Under the pieces are notes generated by a model. That model was not told where the DNA came from. It searched no databases and worked only from the letters and a program-made list of their open reading frames with translations. A stretch of DNA of 64,000 nt from Basidiobolus meristosporus CBS 931.73 (Eukaryota > Fungi > Basidiobolomycota), in the NCBI GenBank assembly GCA_002104905.1, contig MCFE01000474.1, positions 4,906 to 68,905 of the forward strand, read 5' to 3'. Shown one piece after another: positions 62,321-64,000 of the stretch. Position 1 is the first letter of the stretch, and every line of letters starts with the position of its first letter. Both the position numbers and the translations under genes were made by a program.

Positions 62321-63769
62321 TTGGTTGTCAGGGGGGGAGACAGTCACCAACAGGTGAAATCTTTATTTCAATTGAAACAAAGAAGCCAGCACCACTGTTG
62401 TAGCTTTGATACAAGTGTGTGTAGCCAAGGGGAATTTGTAGGTAAGTTAATAAGAAGTGATGATAGCTCTTCAGTGCTCAAGACACTGTTCAGTGGGAAG
62501 GGGGGTAGCAAGAGAGGTAGAATGACTTGTGAACAACATTAATGAGGGGAATGAGATAAGGATTGATATTCATCATAAAGGGAGTGTGCTGCTGCAGATA
62601 TTGTTGCCAAAGGTCTGTCTAGTACTTCAGGTAGGCCAGCTTGGGTTTTTCTGACTGCAGAATGTAGTGAGCAAACTTCTTGACTTCAGGATCTCCAAGT
62701 ATAGTTCTCCAGCAGGAGCCAGGTGTAGTGTGGTGTTGTTGTGCATCAACATTTAAAACTTAGCCAATTTTACTCCGTTTGAAAATCTAGTACCCTAACT
62801 GATTTTCCCTAACCCAAACATAACAACTCCCAGTTACAGTTTATTTTATCCCACCTCAGAATCTATTTTTAGCAATCACACCTGATCTATTTTCAAATGG
62901 TCATTACGTTATCAACCTATCTGCCAAGCCTTCCCAGGTGATTAGTCATCTGTGATCTATCCAACCATGGTGCAGTTGCCAAGACATCAGTTGATTGATG
63001 ATGTAATTTTCATTTATATTATGCACCTATGAACACCCAAATTGATTTCAATCAATCCAGTCCCTTGGCGCTTACTAATTCAACTTGATCAGAAAAGTAT
63101 AAATAAAGTTTACTGAAACTTTTGGTTTAGTGTGTGTCTCAACAAAATTAAGATTCTGTCTCAGCAAAAATAAGAATCCAACAATTCCGTTCCAGTTTCT
63201 ATCCAAGCCTAGTATATCTAGCACTCCAAAGAACACCAAGCCTAGCCTGCCTAGCAAACAAATATCATTGCCTTTATAGCCAACCCAGCTATATCCAAGA
63301 CCAATATTAGATCAGAATCTTTCTGCTAATATTTCCGCCACTCTCTGACAATTCTAAGATTCTGCACTTAATTGTCCCTTTGGTTCAGTTAAACCATTCA
63401 AGAGTTTTATTACACTTTCACTTGGATACAACAGGTGTGTTCTCTTCCAGGCCATAATCAGTGGGTTGTTGCAGTGGTGAAGTCTGAGATATAATCTGGT
63501 TCTGAGGTAGAGAAGTCTGATCTTATAGGACATAAACCCAAAAGCACCAAGAATAGCATGTCTGTAGGGGCATTCAGGCAAATGAGGCACCAAGGAGGTA
63601 ATGCACCATACTGCAAACTTGTCAAGCTTAGTGCAGTCTCTAGAAGTAAGAGAGAGAAGTGGTAAGCTAAATTCCAGGACAGGGAAGACAAACTGCTTGA
63701 GTAGAAGGAGGCAGCTGGGAGCTGAAGTTGTAGGAGGAGTAACAGCCAGTAGCTTGTGGAGTGCCTTTC

Positions 63770-64000
63770 TTAGGGTTAGGGTTAGGGTTAGGGTTAGGGT
63801 TAGGGTTAGGGTTAGGGTTAGGGTTAGGGTTAGGGTTAGGGTTAGGGTTAGGGTTAGGGTTAGGGTTAGGGTTAGGGTTAGGTTAGGGTTAGGGTTAGGG
63901 TTAGGGTTAGGGTTAGGGTTAGGGTTAGGGTTAGGGTTAGGGTTAGGGTTAGGGTTAGGGTTAGGGTTAGGGTTAGGGTTAGGGTTAGGGTTAGGGTTAG
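63770..64000 (+). repeat. Telomeric (TTAGGG)n array
   Basis: About 38 units to the end of the window, G-rich strand running toward the end. One TTAGG variant at 63878-63882. Confidence 0.99.

Noticed and set aside
1-64000. tRNA, rRNA, CRISPR arrays
   Set aside because: None seen. The regular repeats are telomeric or TE-derived, without a repeat-spacer structure.

Overview
Right-hand end of a eukaryotic chromosome, ending in about 38 TTAGGG repeats (63770-64000). Most likely an early-diverging (non-Dikarya) fungus, inferred from 55-70 nt GT-AG introns, TTAGGG telomere, fungal-type DPP5/PCL/Cks1 and retained mitochondrial propionyl-CoA carboxylase. Four zones: (1) 1-33.9 kb is an AT-rich, CpG-depleted graveyard of nested elements: Ty1/Copia, Ty3/Gypsy, a PHIS/Pangu-like DNA transposon with ANT target duplications plus its MITEs, and a CACTA-like relic. 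(2) 34-52 kb is a compact, CpG-rich housekeeping island: DPP5-like peptidase, CTF18, PCL-type cyclin, CKS1, PCCB and PCCA head-to-head, RPL37, mitochondrial uL30 and a homeobox gene. (3) 52-57 kb retains CpG and holds a ~670 bp near-perfect inverted duplication carrying two divergent copies of an unannotated two-exon orphan gene, with signs of arm-to-arm gene conversion. (4) 57-63.8 kb is decayed Copia and AT-rich sequence running straight into the telomere. The strongest leads are the palindromic orphan gene pair, the divergent PCCA/PCCB pair and the Pangu-like transposon/MITE system. Exon boundaries, alignments and counts were done by eye.
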